DNA of 64,000 nucleotides, from contig CAVRAO010000012.1 in NCBI GenBank assembly GCA_963719035.1, positions 258,180 through 322,179 on the forward strand. The letters run 5' to 3'. This DNA is from Methanobacteriota archaeon. GTDB taxonomy: Archaea > Halobacteriota > Bog-38 > Methanoflorentales > Methanoflorentaceae. Shown in pieces: positions 21,423 through 30,406 of the stretch. A model generated the notes under the pieces. The model was not told the origin of the DNA. It did no database searches and was given only the letters and a program-made list of their open reading frames with translations. The first letter of the stretch is position 1, and each line of letters opens with the position of its first letter. A program made the translations under genes and the position numbers.

Positions 21423-21923
21423 TTAGATGCTCGTGGCCAGCAAATAAAGCGCTACGAAAAGCAACAGGGTGTACGGAACGGCGAATAGTTGTGGCACGTA
21501 CCGCTCTATACGCGTCAAGGGTCGGTAAAGCCGAGAGTCTTTTCCCTTTCCAAGAACCTCCCACTCACGCGCATAAAAAGGAAACGCAAGGTTCTTTTCG
21601 ACTTCGAAGATCACCTTAAACTTGCCCGAGCTCAGCTGGCCGTGCGAACGAATGGTTACAAACCACATATAGCAGAGGAGCACGCCTAACATAGCGACCA
21701 CAAATAAAACAGTGCTCTGAATGGCGGTCGCGGTCTTTAGTGATACGACCGCTGCAAGAAGCGCGAGCAGTCCAGAGAGCAGCGATATGTAGAACTTGTT
21801 GGCATCCGCTCGGCGGTCGCTCACCTTGTCCGCCAGCTGGACGTAAAGCTTGTACTGATCGAGCAGCATGCCGACATTCGGATCGTGCTTCTCTTCTACC
21901 TTTTCCGTCACGTGCAGCTCCAT
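21423..21923 (-). CDS. RipA/8xMP-like oligomeric membrane protein (3 hydrophobic helices)
   Basis: LLDQYKLYVQLADKVSDRRADANKFY...WFVTIRSHGQLSSGKFKVIFEVEK...AREWEVLG...IERYVP. Confidence 0.7.
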   Translation of the reverse strand: MELHVTEKVEEKHDPNVGMLLDQYKLYVQLADKVSDRRADANKFYISLLSGLLALLAAVVSLKTATAIQSTVLFVVAMLGVLLCYMWFVTIRSHGQLSSGKFKVIFEVEKNLAFPFYAREWEVLGKGKDSRLYRPLTRIERYVPQLFAVPYTLLLFVALYLLATSI

Positions 21924-22133
21924 GCGTGTTCCTAATTTATATGCTCAACGTCATCAAGCCATCACTTGCTACTGATTTGAACTAGTGTGGTCTTTTGACG
22001 CACGTTACGATGCTAAATATAGTCAATATTGCCATTTTTTGTCAATTAAACGTCTCCAGGGTGTCCTTTTAAGGAAACAACGAAAGGTATTACTATTGCC
22101 ACAGCCAATATTTATGTTAAAATTTGTGGGAAC

Positions 22134-23603
22134 ATGGCTCGCGACGTCTTTATCAGCTATTCGTACGACGACAAAGTGATCGCCGACAAGGTTTGCAGCG
22201 CGCTTGAGGGCGCTGGTATACTCTGCTGGATCGCGCCACGCGATGAGCGACCCGGAGAGACGTGGGCGAGCAAGATCGTTCGGGCAATTGATGAGAGCCG
22301 CATAATGGTCCTCGTTCTCTCTGCGAGCTCGAACAAATCCAAGGACTGCACCAAAGAGGTCGCCATCGCCACCAGCGATGAAAAACTCATGCCGGTCATT
22401 CCACTGCGCATCGATGAGGTCAGCCTCACAGGTGACCTGAAGTACTACCTCGCGGGGATGCACCGGCTGGACGCCCTGCCGCCGCCGATTGATAACCATC
22501 TTGAGCGGCTTGTCGTCGACGTGCGGGATCTTCTCAATTCGGTGTCGTTATCGGAGGCTCAGTTAGAAAGCCCGAAAACCGATGCAATAAGCGCCAAAGT
22601 GCGTGACATGGACCTTGAACGGACGCAAGAGTGGATGGAAAAGGCAGAGAAGCTACGCGAGCTCGACCTTGATTCAGAGGCGCTCACGTGCTACGACAAA
22701 GCGCTCGCAAGCAATTCCGAAAACGCACCTGCGTTGAACGCGAAGGGGCTTATCCTCACCAAGCTTGATCGTCACGAGGAGGCCCTTCAATGTTTTGAGC
22801 AGTCGACTGAGGCTGATCCCGCATCGTTCGAGGCGTGGAAGAATAAAGGGATATGTCTCCAGGAACTCGGTCATTCTCATGAGGCGCTGGAGTGTTACGA
22901 CCGAGCCCTTGATATCGAGCCACTCGACGCAGGAGCGAGAGGGTTGAAATGTTCTGCCCTCCTTGACCTCAACGATGATAAAGCAGCGCTTACGTGCTGC
23001 GAAGCGGCGACGAAGATCGATCCGACAAGCTTTTCCCACTGGTTTTTCACAGGGGTGTGTCTTGCCAAGCTCGGTCGTCACCAAGAGTCCCTCGAGAGCC
23101 TTGATAAGGCGATTGCCCTCAACCCTCAAAACGCTGACGCCCTGTATCACAGAGGTGACGTTCTCGCGAAATGTGGCCGTCTCAAAGAGGCGATCGAGTC
23201 GTATGATCGAGTACTTCGCATTGACCCCGATCACGTACAAGCCTGGTTTAATAAAGGCGTATGCCTTGCGAGCTTTGGGCGGCACAGCGAGGCCATCGAC
23301 TGTTACGCGAAAGTGCGCACGATCGACCCAGCACACCCGGATTTGCAGCAGCAGCGCTCTGCCTCAGAAAAAGCACTTGGCTTTGCTACGTTGTTAGATC
23401 GGGCGACTATGCTCACCAGGGTCAACCGCCACCGCGAGGCCATCGAATGTTACGACAAGGTTTTAGCAAGCGACCCCTATAACGCAGACGCGTGGTACAA
23501 CAGGGGGCTCTCCTTCGCAAGCCTCGGCAACGCGAAAGAGGCTGCACGATGTTTTGACCGGTCTTTAGAACTCGCCTCAAATCACGCGAAAGCCGGGGTT
23601 TAA
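22134..23603 (+). CDS. TIR domain + TPR repeat protein
   Basis: DVFISYS...CWIAPRDERPG...SKDCTKEVAIA; ~9 TPRs (AWxNKG/CYDKAL). Confidence 0.92.
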   Translation: MARDVFISYSYDDKVIADKVCSALEGAGILCWIAPRDERPGETWASKIVRAIDESRIMVLVLSASSNKSKDCTKEVAIATSDEKLMPVIPLRIDEVSLTGDLKYYLAGMHRLDALPPPIDNHLERLVVDVRDLLNSVSLSEAQLESPKTDAISAKVRDMDLERTQEWMEKAEKLRELDLDSEALTCYDKALASNSENAPALNAKGLILTKLDRHEEALQCFEQSTEADPASFEAWKNKGICLQELGHSHEALECYDRALDIEPLDAGARGLKCSALLDLNDDKAALTCCEAATKIDPTSFSHWFFTGVCLAKLGRHQESLESLDKAIALNPQNADALYHRGDVLAKCGRLKEAIESYDRVLRIDPDHVQAWFNKGVCLASFGRHSEAIDCYAKVRTIDPAHPDLQQQRSASEKALGFATLLDRATMLTRVNRHREAIECYDKVLASDPYNADAWYNRGLSFASLGNAKEAARCFDRSLELASNHAKAGV

Positions 23604-23695
23604 GGCCCTGGATGTTTCAAAGATAGCCGTTGAAACTCGCACGAAGTCGCAAAAGCTAAGAAGTAGATTAAGCGCACGATCGAACGGATGCACTT

Positions 23696-24490
23696 ATGGC
23701 TCACGACGTATTCATAAGCTACGCTGCAGAAGACCGATCAGCTGCAGAGGCGGCCCGCGCCGCCCTTGAGGCACAGGACGTGAGCTGTTGGATCGCTCCT
23801 CGTGACGTGCTTCCTGGCGAAGACGAGACCGAGTCAATTCTTGCCGCTATCGACGCGAGCAGCGTCGTTGTCGTTTGCCTGAGTTCGGCTGCCAACGCGT
23901 CAAAACTCGTTACCCAACAAGCGGCCCGCGCTTTTAACAAGAGGATCCCGATCGTTCCGTTAAGGGTTGAGGACGTGGGGCCAAGCGAAGCGCTCAAGCT
24001 ATTCTTAGGTGCTCAAGAGCCGGTTGATGCTTATACCCCTCCGCTCGAATCCCCTCTTGCCGCACTTGGTGTGGTTATTGGCTCGCTTTTGGCACAAACT
24101 GCAGCACCGGCCGCCGGAATAATGTCTCCTCCCGGACTTCCCTACGAGGAGGGGACTCCTGCAGTACGCAAGCGACGAGGCGGCGCGCCGCCTCGTCGTG
24201 CCGGGGGGAAAGTGCTCATCATCGCTGCCCTCGTTGCCCTTGCGATTATCGTTATCGCCGCGATATTCTTTTTGCTCCCGCAATCTCAGGTTCAGCTCAT
24301 TGCAGTCTCGTCTGAGACTCCTGGGGAGTCTCCAAGCCCCACGGAAAAGCCTACCATCCTCCCTACGCAAGAGCCCTCTTTGGTCCCTACGCCCACGACC
24401 CCTACACCCACGACCCCTACGCCCACGACCCCTACGCCCACGACCCCTACACCCACGACCCCTACGCTCCCCCCCTACGGCGCTTGGTGA
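23696..24490 (+). CDS. TIR domain + single TM + Pro/Thr-rich stalk protein (possibly C-terminally truncated)
   Basis: TIR nearly identical to the 20245 gene; basic RKRR before TM VLIIAALVALAIIVIAAIFFLL; (PTPTT)n. Confidence 0.88.
   Translation: MAHDVFISYAAEDRSAAEAARAALEAQDVSCWIAPRDVLPGEDETESILAAIDASSVVVVCLSSAANASKLVTQQAARAFNKRIPIVPLRVEDVGPSEALKLFLGAQEPVDAYTPPLESPLAALGVVIGSLLAQTAAPAAGIMSPPGLPYEEGTPAVRKRRGGAPPRRAGGKVLIIAALVALAIIVIAAIFFLLPQSQVQLIAVSSETPGESPSPTEKPTILPTQEPSLVPTPTTPTPTTPTPTTPTPTTPTPTTPTLPPYGAW
24385..24467 (+). repeat. 15-bp tandem repeat CCCTAC(G/A)CCCACGAC x5 plus a partial copy
   Basis: read directly; encodes the PTPTT stalk. Confidence 0.9.
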
Positions 24491-24771
24491 GTGTGACTCC
24501 TCGTGTGATCTCATAAAGACGAGGATCTTTCATGGCATCATAGATCCGATCGTACGCTACGGGTTAGCAGAAGAACAACAGCGTTTGATAACGCAGCTAA
24601 ATGATCAAGCCTCAAAAAAGCGCTTAATTGACGAAAAAAAGGCAATATCGACAGTATTAGGCAAAGGAAGATTCATAACCTATTAGGCCTCAAAAGTAGG
24701 TGATTTCGAAAACGTGGCAGCACAACGAGTGGCTGCCCGACGGCGAACGATTGACTCTTTGAGAGAAGGGA

Positions 24772-26088
24772 ATGGACGAGTCGTATTTCGTTGTTTCTGA
24801 TGTTCATTTGGGTGCTAAGGACTGCTGCAAGGAAGAGTTTGAGCACTTTTTGGAATGGCTCGCGAGCAGTTATAGTGGCGGCACGCTATCTGTCCAGACG
24901 CAACGGGGAAAACGTACGCTCGCCCCGCCAACCACGCTGATCTTGTTAGGTGACATGCTGGAGCTTTGGATCCCCCGCGAATACGAGCGAAGCAGCGTGC
25001 TGTGCGACAGCTCGTCTATCTTCAGCAAGCTCATCGATCTGAGCTGTAAGAAGGTGTATGTTCTCGGTAACCACGACGCCGATTTGTGCGATCACGAGTG
25101 CGAGAAAGACAGCCACCAGGACAACTCGTTCCAAGCGCTTATAGAGTGGATTTGCGCCAATGATTCTCACTTCGAAGTGGTTCCGCGACACTATCCGAAC
25201 TGTCCTGATGATGTACTCAAACAACGGGTCCGACTGGGGGATAAGGACTACCTGTTCATTCATGGCCAGCAGTTTGACCGAGATTTTAAGACGAGCCGTG
25301 GACTTGTTCGGTTTGTTCCGTTTATGGCAGCAATTGCTTCGGCGTTCGACTTTTTTCCAAAGGCTGGACCGATCTTCTTTGTTCTTTCTCTCGCACTCAT
25401 TGGGCTCTATGTCGTGGCAGCCGCCGCCTTACTCCTAATTGATCCCTTGTGGTTCCTTGTACTGTTAGTACTCGTCGGGTACCCGGGTTTTTCTTGGCTC
25501 ATCGTGAGGCTTTTCAAACCGGCGTGGGAGTTCAAAAAAACGTTTTCTGCGGTTGTTGCCCTTACTGGTCGATCACAGGATGACGTCTTAAGCTCTCCTT
25601 GGGACGTCAATCGGAACATAAACAGCCTCAAACACGCGCTTTACGAAATAAAGAAACAACAAGACCGCCCAAAGTACAGGAACATCAACAAAATCATAAG
25701 TGAGGGGTATTACCGCTTCGACAAAGACGTTTCAAAGCCGGATGTTATCGTCTTTGGCCACACCCACGTGCCCGAAATATGTAATTCAATGCGCGTAGGT
25801 GATGATAACGGCAAGCCAGCTATGCGACAGTTCGTGAACAGTGGCATGTGGATTCGGCCTGGTCAGCGACAAGAGCACAAGAGCGTACTGCAGAGTGGCG
25901 CACCTCTGTGCGAAGAGGACGAGGACAGTGCGAGGAATGAGGACGCTCTTTATAACACGTTCGTATACATTGACAACGAGGGGGCAACCCTCTGGCGGTG
26001 GTGTGACTTGGAACGAACGGCAAAAGAGATTCCTGCGTCAGACTGCTCATCCAGAACTGTCTCTTCGTCTACAACATCAACAAGTTAA
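24772..26088 (+). CDS. calcineurin-like metallophosphoesterase with a 2-TM insertion
   Basis: SDVHLG, GDMLE, GNHD, IHGQQFD, FGHTH, VNSG motifs; hydrophobic hairpin in the middle. Confidence 0.88.
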   Translation: MDESYFVVSDVHLGAKDCCKEEFEHFLEWLASSYSGGTLSVQTQRGKRTLAPPTTLILLGDMLELWIPREYERSSVLCDSSSIFSKLIDLSCKKVYVLGNHDADLCDHECEKDSHQDNSFQALIEWICANDSHFEVVPRHYPNCPDDVLKQRVRLGDKDYLFIHGQQFDRDFKTSRGLVRFVPFMAAIASAFDFFPKAGPIFFVLSLALIGLYVVAAAALLLIDPLWFLVLLVLVGYPGFSWLIVRLFKPAWEFKKTFSAVVALTGRSQDDVLSSPWDVNRNINSLKHALYEIKKQQDRPKYRNINKIISEGYYRFDKDVSKPDVIVFGHTHVPEICNSMRVGDDNGKPAMRQFVNSGMWIRPGQRQEHKSVLQSGAPLCEEDEDSARNEDALYNTFVYIDNEGATLWRWCDLERTAKEIPASDCSSRTVSSSTTSTS

Positions 26089-26310
26089 CCAACGCACGTT
26101 AAGACGCTATAAACCTTCCAAATAGAACGAGGGTGCTGTTCAGAATCGACGTTACGCGCCTGCGTATACATAAGCGGACATTGCCTGCTTAATATTGTCG
26201 CGACCGTGCGATTAAAAACGCTCGCGAAGGTCTGTATCATAAAGGCGGCAAGCGCGAAGATACTTTTGTACTCGCCGAGTTTACCGCGGGATAATGTGAA
26301 GTAGCGTTAC

Positions 26311-26660
26311 ATGTGGCAATCGGCGAACGTGCAGCTACCGATGCCAGATTGCGGCTTATCTAGGTGGGTGCGCGACTACGTTCAGGAACTGCTCACCTTC
26401 CCCAATGACGTTAACGACGACCAGGTCGACGCGACAACGCAAGCGCTGAATCAGCTGCGAGGAACGATATTTCCAGAATCCAAAGAATGTGTGGTTTCCT
26501 CTGTGCAGGCAAGGCCTTTAGCAGCTGATATTACGCCAAGGGGTGGATCCCAGCACGCCTCGATGACAAGAGCCCGCTCCTGGTCTACGACGTTCTTAAC
26601 GTGGCGTACTGCGTGATCGGAAGCAAACGATGCTATCGCCACAGCTTACCGCATACGTAG
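26311..26660 (+). pseudogene. phage terminase large subunit C-terminal remnant
   Basis: NVQLP...WVRDYVQELLTFPNDVNDDQVDATTQALNQL (FPxxxxDDQVDA terminase motif); no ATPase domain; continues frameshifted as YYAKGWIPARLDD. Confidence 0.8.
26312..26331 (+). repeat. right copy of the 20-bp direct repeat (partner 15729-15748)
   Basis: TGTGGCAATCGGCGAACGTG. Confidence 0.75.
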
Positions 26661-27010
26661 CATTTGTGATCCCCTTCATGGTCGGCGTCTAAACCGCATG
26701 CACCGCTACACATACTTTGGGGACACGGTGCTAAGCAAAAGTGCGACGTCATCTTTTCGGGCGGTTGTTCTTGCTCGCTCATTTATGATCACCCCTTTCC
26801 TGTTAATCTACTTAAAACAGCTGAATAAGGACTTGAGCATTGCTCTTTTGCCTTATCTAACGCTTATAGTCCATGTCCTATCCTGCTACTCCGTTCCACC
26901 GCCGAGCAGGAACCAAGATAGATGTCAAACATCTCAACCGCGCCGGCGTCTTTGACAGGGAAGGGAGAGCCATGTCCAAGTGTGAGGTTAATGTCCTATC
27001 TGGTGGTGAG

Positions 27011-27430
27011 CTATGCCATCTTCGTCCCGGCCTCCACAGAGGCGCCCTCGTTCCAGACCTCGACCGGTGTGAAGGTCCAGACGCCCTGGACGGTCAGACC
27101 CATAACCTTGAACTTCTCGGACATGGCATCAAACATCGGACCAGAGGTGACGAAGTCCCCCACCGTGCATCTGATCTCAAAGGACTTGGAGCCCTCGAGG
27201 ACCAGCAACGAGGCGGTTTTACCGTCTTTCTTCATCGCTTCAAGGTTCTTTGCGGTCCTCTTCATAAAAATGTCAGCGGCGACGATCATCTCGTTCGATG
27301 GCGCATTGATGCTTCCGACATGAATCGCGTGTGGAGCTCCATCCGCGTCGACGGTTGCGATGATCTTAGCGTTCTTCTGGTTGTTGATCACTTCTACTAC
27401 TTCATCAGGCATCTTGACCACAATTTTCAC
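27011..27430 (-). CDS. pyridoxamine 5'-phosphate oxidase family protein
   Basis: IIATVDADGAPHAIHVGS...MKRTAKNL; start uncertain. Confidence 0.8.
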   Translation of the reverse strand: MKIVVKMPDEVVEVINNQKNAKIIATVDADGAPHAIHVGSINAPSNEMIVAADIFMKRTAKNLEAMKKDGKTASLLVLEGSKSFEIRCTVGDFVTSGPMFDAMSEKFKVMGLTVQGVWTFTPVEVWNEGASVEAGTKMA

Positions 27431-27500
27431 CCAGTCGGCAATGTTCGTTTACAATACGTAAATAGTTGCCTGACTGCCCTTCCCTCCTTTTCGGAAGGCC

Positions 27501-28646
27501 TCATTGTTTACTTAAATCACGATGAAATAGCTCATCGAGCGTGCTAGGGGGAACGTTCCGGTCTGCAACGCGATCTGGCACGATTCGATAAATCAAAACG
27601 AATAGGACGATCATCAGCGCGTACAGTGTGACATAAATCCCCACAGCCGGCGTGACGGTATTCCACACAAAGTGAAAAAAGATCGCAAGTGCGAGGAGTA
27701 AAACTGCGTAATAGTACTGGCGACGGCTGGCAATATACATTAAACCCAGTGCAGCGAGAGCGGAGTATATAAAGTGAGTAGGAAGAAAGAGGGTTCTTCC
27801 GACAACAACTGCGACGAAAAGATGTTTGGGAACGTGCACGAAGTACCATAAGTTCTCTACCGCACCAAACCCCAAACCGGCGACCGCTCCAAATACGGCG
27901 CATTTCTTTTTTGAATACAGAAGGGCGGGGTACCATATCGCTACAACGATGAGTGGAACGAGCTTGGCAGGTTCTTCAATAAACGCGACCACTCCGTCGG
28001 GCACCGTCAACACGGTTTCCAACGGAAGCGTCACAACGACACCAGCTATCATTCCCCAGAGCAGAGACACGAGGAGTATGAGCAGGTCAACTTGGTTGAA
28101 GTGAGACCAACGTGCACTTGTGTCTTCTGTGCGTAAAGAATCCACATAAGACGACGTGACACGCTGCGCATCTAAGGTCGATAATGCTGCTGCTGAAGCG
28201 TTTACACCGGGTGAACTGCAAAGCTCAGTCGTGATAGGAGCGTGCGTTGCTGGCGATGGAACGTGTGGCGGAGGCGTATTTGTCAACGACTGCGTTTCAG
28301 GTGGCGGAACGTAAGACTGTACTGAAGGCTCAGCCACGTCCAACGAGGTATCGATCGTCACCGCGACGGTGTCCGCTGTCTGATGCTTGAAAACGACGTA
28401 AGCGATCGGTAACAAGAAGCTGAGTCCAAGCGTAAATGGAGCAAGAACAAATGCTACGATCAGCAGCACAATAATCACACCGACATTTCCCCACGTCCTC
28501 TTTTTAAGAAAGGCGGTCTCAGAGCCTCGACCTTTCACCCCATAGCCTGCGGTGACCATCTCGTCAATCAACCGTTGCATTTCCCGTGCGGAGCTCACTT
28601 TTCGAGTTCTCACACGTTTTTTTACTTTACGATCACTTGCGCGCAT
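27501..28646 (-). CDS. PrsW family intramembrane protease with N-terminal extension
   Basis: FIEEPAK, GLGFGAVENLWY, PTHFIYS, FHFVWN motifs. Confidence 0.88.
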   Translation of the reverse strand: MRASDRKVKKRVRTRKVSSAREMQRLIDEMVTAGYGVKGRGSETAFLKKRTWGNVGVIIVLLIVAFVLAPFTLGLSFLLPIAYVVFKHQTADTVAVTIDTSLDVAEPSVQSYVPPPETQSLTNTPPPHVPSPATHAPITTELCSSPGVNASAAALSTLDAQRVTSSYVDSLRTEDTSARWSHFNQVDLLILLVSLLWGMIAGVVVTLPLETVLTVPDGVVAFIEEPAKLVPLIVVAIWYPALLYSKKKCAVFGAVAGLGFGAVENLWYFVHVPKHLFVAVVVGRTLFLPTHFIYSALAALGLMYIASRRQYYYAVLLLALAIFFHFVWNTVTPAVGIYVTLYALMIVLFVLIYRIVPDRVADRNVPPSTLDELFHRDLSKQ

Positions 28647-28771
28647 CTTGCTGATCGATCGACTGGCGGTTCATGGCACCGTGGTGGGGATTACGAAAAA
28701 AGCCTATGCTTGAGTAGGTGCAAATATAATAAAGGATTTTAGACCATCTTGATTGAAGGAGAACGAATCCT

Positions 28772-29236
28772 ATGGACAAAATGATTCTGATCGAGTTTCC
28801 ATTCAGAAAGACAGGAATCCCCGCAACCCTCCTTATCCAAGAAGAACCCGAAATGTGCCAGACCGTGTGGGATCTTTTAGGTCAACCCATGAAGATGATA
28901 TGCCACCACACATTGTCTACGGGGGACTACTTCCATGGTTGTGGCCGGCCTCCGAAGCATCCTATTGCCATAGGTTCACAGGCCACTCCACTGGGAAAGA
29001 AACGGCTTCTTCTCAGCCAACTGAAGCCCGGCTCCATCGTGTATAGCGGAGGGCACGAAATTGCGATTGCCTATGGACCCGATATGACCGAGCCTTTAGT
29101 GGCGCGAGGGCCGGTAGTGGCACGAGTCTCTGAAGATCTTCTAGGAGAGCTCTATGAGGCAGGGAGGCAGATCTGGAACGCCCAATTCATTACGCACCAC
29201 CTGCAGACGATCACGCTAAAGAGAAAGGATGTGTAA
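28772..29236 (+). CDS. cyclophilin-like (DUF3830-type) N-terminal module of an McbB/cucumopine synthase-like enzyme
   Basis: PEMCQTVWDLL...HHTLSTG...IAIAYGPDMTEP...LYEAGRQIWNA matches the recalled McbB N-domain. Confidence 0.75.
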   Translation: MDKMILIEFPFRKTGIPATLLIQEEPEMCQTVWDLLGQPMKMICHHTLSTGDYFHGCGRPPKHPIAIGSQATPLGKKRLLLSQLKPGSIVYSGGHEIAIAYGPDMTEPLVARGPVVARVSEDLLGELYEAGRQIWNAQFITHHLQTITLKRKDV

Positions 29237-29239
29237 GTT

Positions 29240-29800
29240 GTGGCTAAGCACTGGCGAGAAGTAAAAAACGAAATCGAGGAGGAAATAGACCGAATATGGT
29301 GGGAGGAGCCTGAGGAAGTCACGATGAGCCGACTAGGGATATTCCCAAGTGGGGCAGGGACAGACGGCCAGGTATTGGGGAACCTTTTGTTCCTTGTCGC
29401 GGACACTCAGGCCATGGGATGGTGGACCACCGAGCCTGCGATCCGATCCGCGATCGCAGATCCCGTCTTTACGCTTGAGCACTGCAAGCGAATGTGGAAG
29501 TACTTGACTGTGCACATGGCCAAGCTCTTGGGCGATACCGACCCTCCTAACTGCCCTGCTCCATGGTTAAATTTGCCCAAGCTTGTCGAGCTCTGCAATG
29601 ACATTGTAGACTCCTTGGACACCGTTGAGACAAAGGAGGAGTTTGCCGATCTCATCTGGAGCTGGGAAAATTACGTGAACCGACTGAACAAGTGGTTCTC
29701 CCTCGTGTTCCCCTGGCACGTGGGGCTCGATTTTCCCAGGAGGGGACCAGAGGACATCGACGAGATGGTTCGTCTATCGCACTTGTGGGAAAAACGGTGA
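29240..29800 (+). CDS. cucumopine synthase C-terminal helical-bundle-like protein
   Basis: EIDRIWWEEPEE...SGAGTDGQ...VETKEEF...YVNRLNKWFSLVFPWHVG; starts 3 bp after the partner gene. Confidence 0.75.
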   Translation: MAKHWREVKNEIEEEIDRIWWEEPEEVTMSRLGIFPSGAGTDGQVLGNLLFLVADTQAMGWWTTEPAIRSAIADPVFTLEHCKRMWKYLTVHMAKLLGDTDPPNCPAPWLNLPKLVELCNDIVDSLDTVETKEEFADLIWSWENYVNRLNKWFSLVFPWHVGLDFPRRGPEDIDEMVRLSHLWEKR

Positions 29801-29936
29801 CCGTTGTTGCATTAGCGGTTCGCTTGTTCCCTCTCGCGTTCGTGCATCACAGCGGGCTTCAAAAACAGATTGCATACGAAAAAAACAATAACAAAAGCAA
29901 CGGTATTTATCGCTTGAAAGGGACGGGTGTATTCAA

Positions 29937-30185
29937 ATGGATAATGAGAGTATTCAAAAAGACAAAAAACAACCCGGTCCACTGATAATGTTTGCCGGTA
30001 TAGGCATCGGCTTTGCGTGGCTCCTCTTCGTGGGAATATGGCTGTTCTTCTATGCCGGCGGTTTCAGCATTTTGCAAAACATAGGGGTCTTTTTCCTATC
30101 TCTTGCAGTTGTCGCGATATTAGAGACCGTGATCTGGATCCCGTGGGCTATGAAACAACCCGATTGGGGTCGACGCGACGGCTAA
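29937..30185 (+). CDS. small 2-TM membrane protein
   Basis: AWLLFVGIWLFFYAGGFSILQNIG...WIPW. Confidence 0.65.
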   Translation: MDNESIQKDKKQPGPLIMFAGIGIGFAWLLFVGIWLFFYAGGFSILQNIGVFFLSLAVVAILETVIWIPWAMKQPDWGRRDG

Positions 30186-30406
30186 GATAGTAAGCAGACT
30201 ATCGGGCGTCGTTCAGTTGAAACGGATAGAGCGGCGCGGACCCGAGCGCGCGCTTAGGTTACATCGATTGGCTTCGGCGTTGCTTACGCTTGCGCATGAT
30301 TCAGGCATGTGCCTTGCCCTCACGCATCGTGAGACAGCGTTTAATATATAACGAAGGCATTTCGCGCTTTTTGTGCAACAATCAGAAACGCGCCGCTTCT
30401 ACGGCA

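Noticed and set aside
22101-22122. TTATGTTAAA resembling a Xer/dif arm
   Set aside because: No matching second arm; its position ~20 bp before the TIR-TPR start fits a TATA box.
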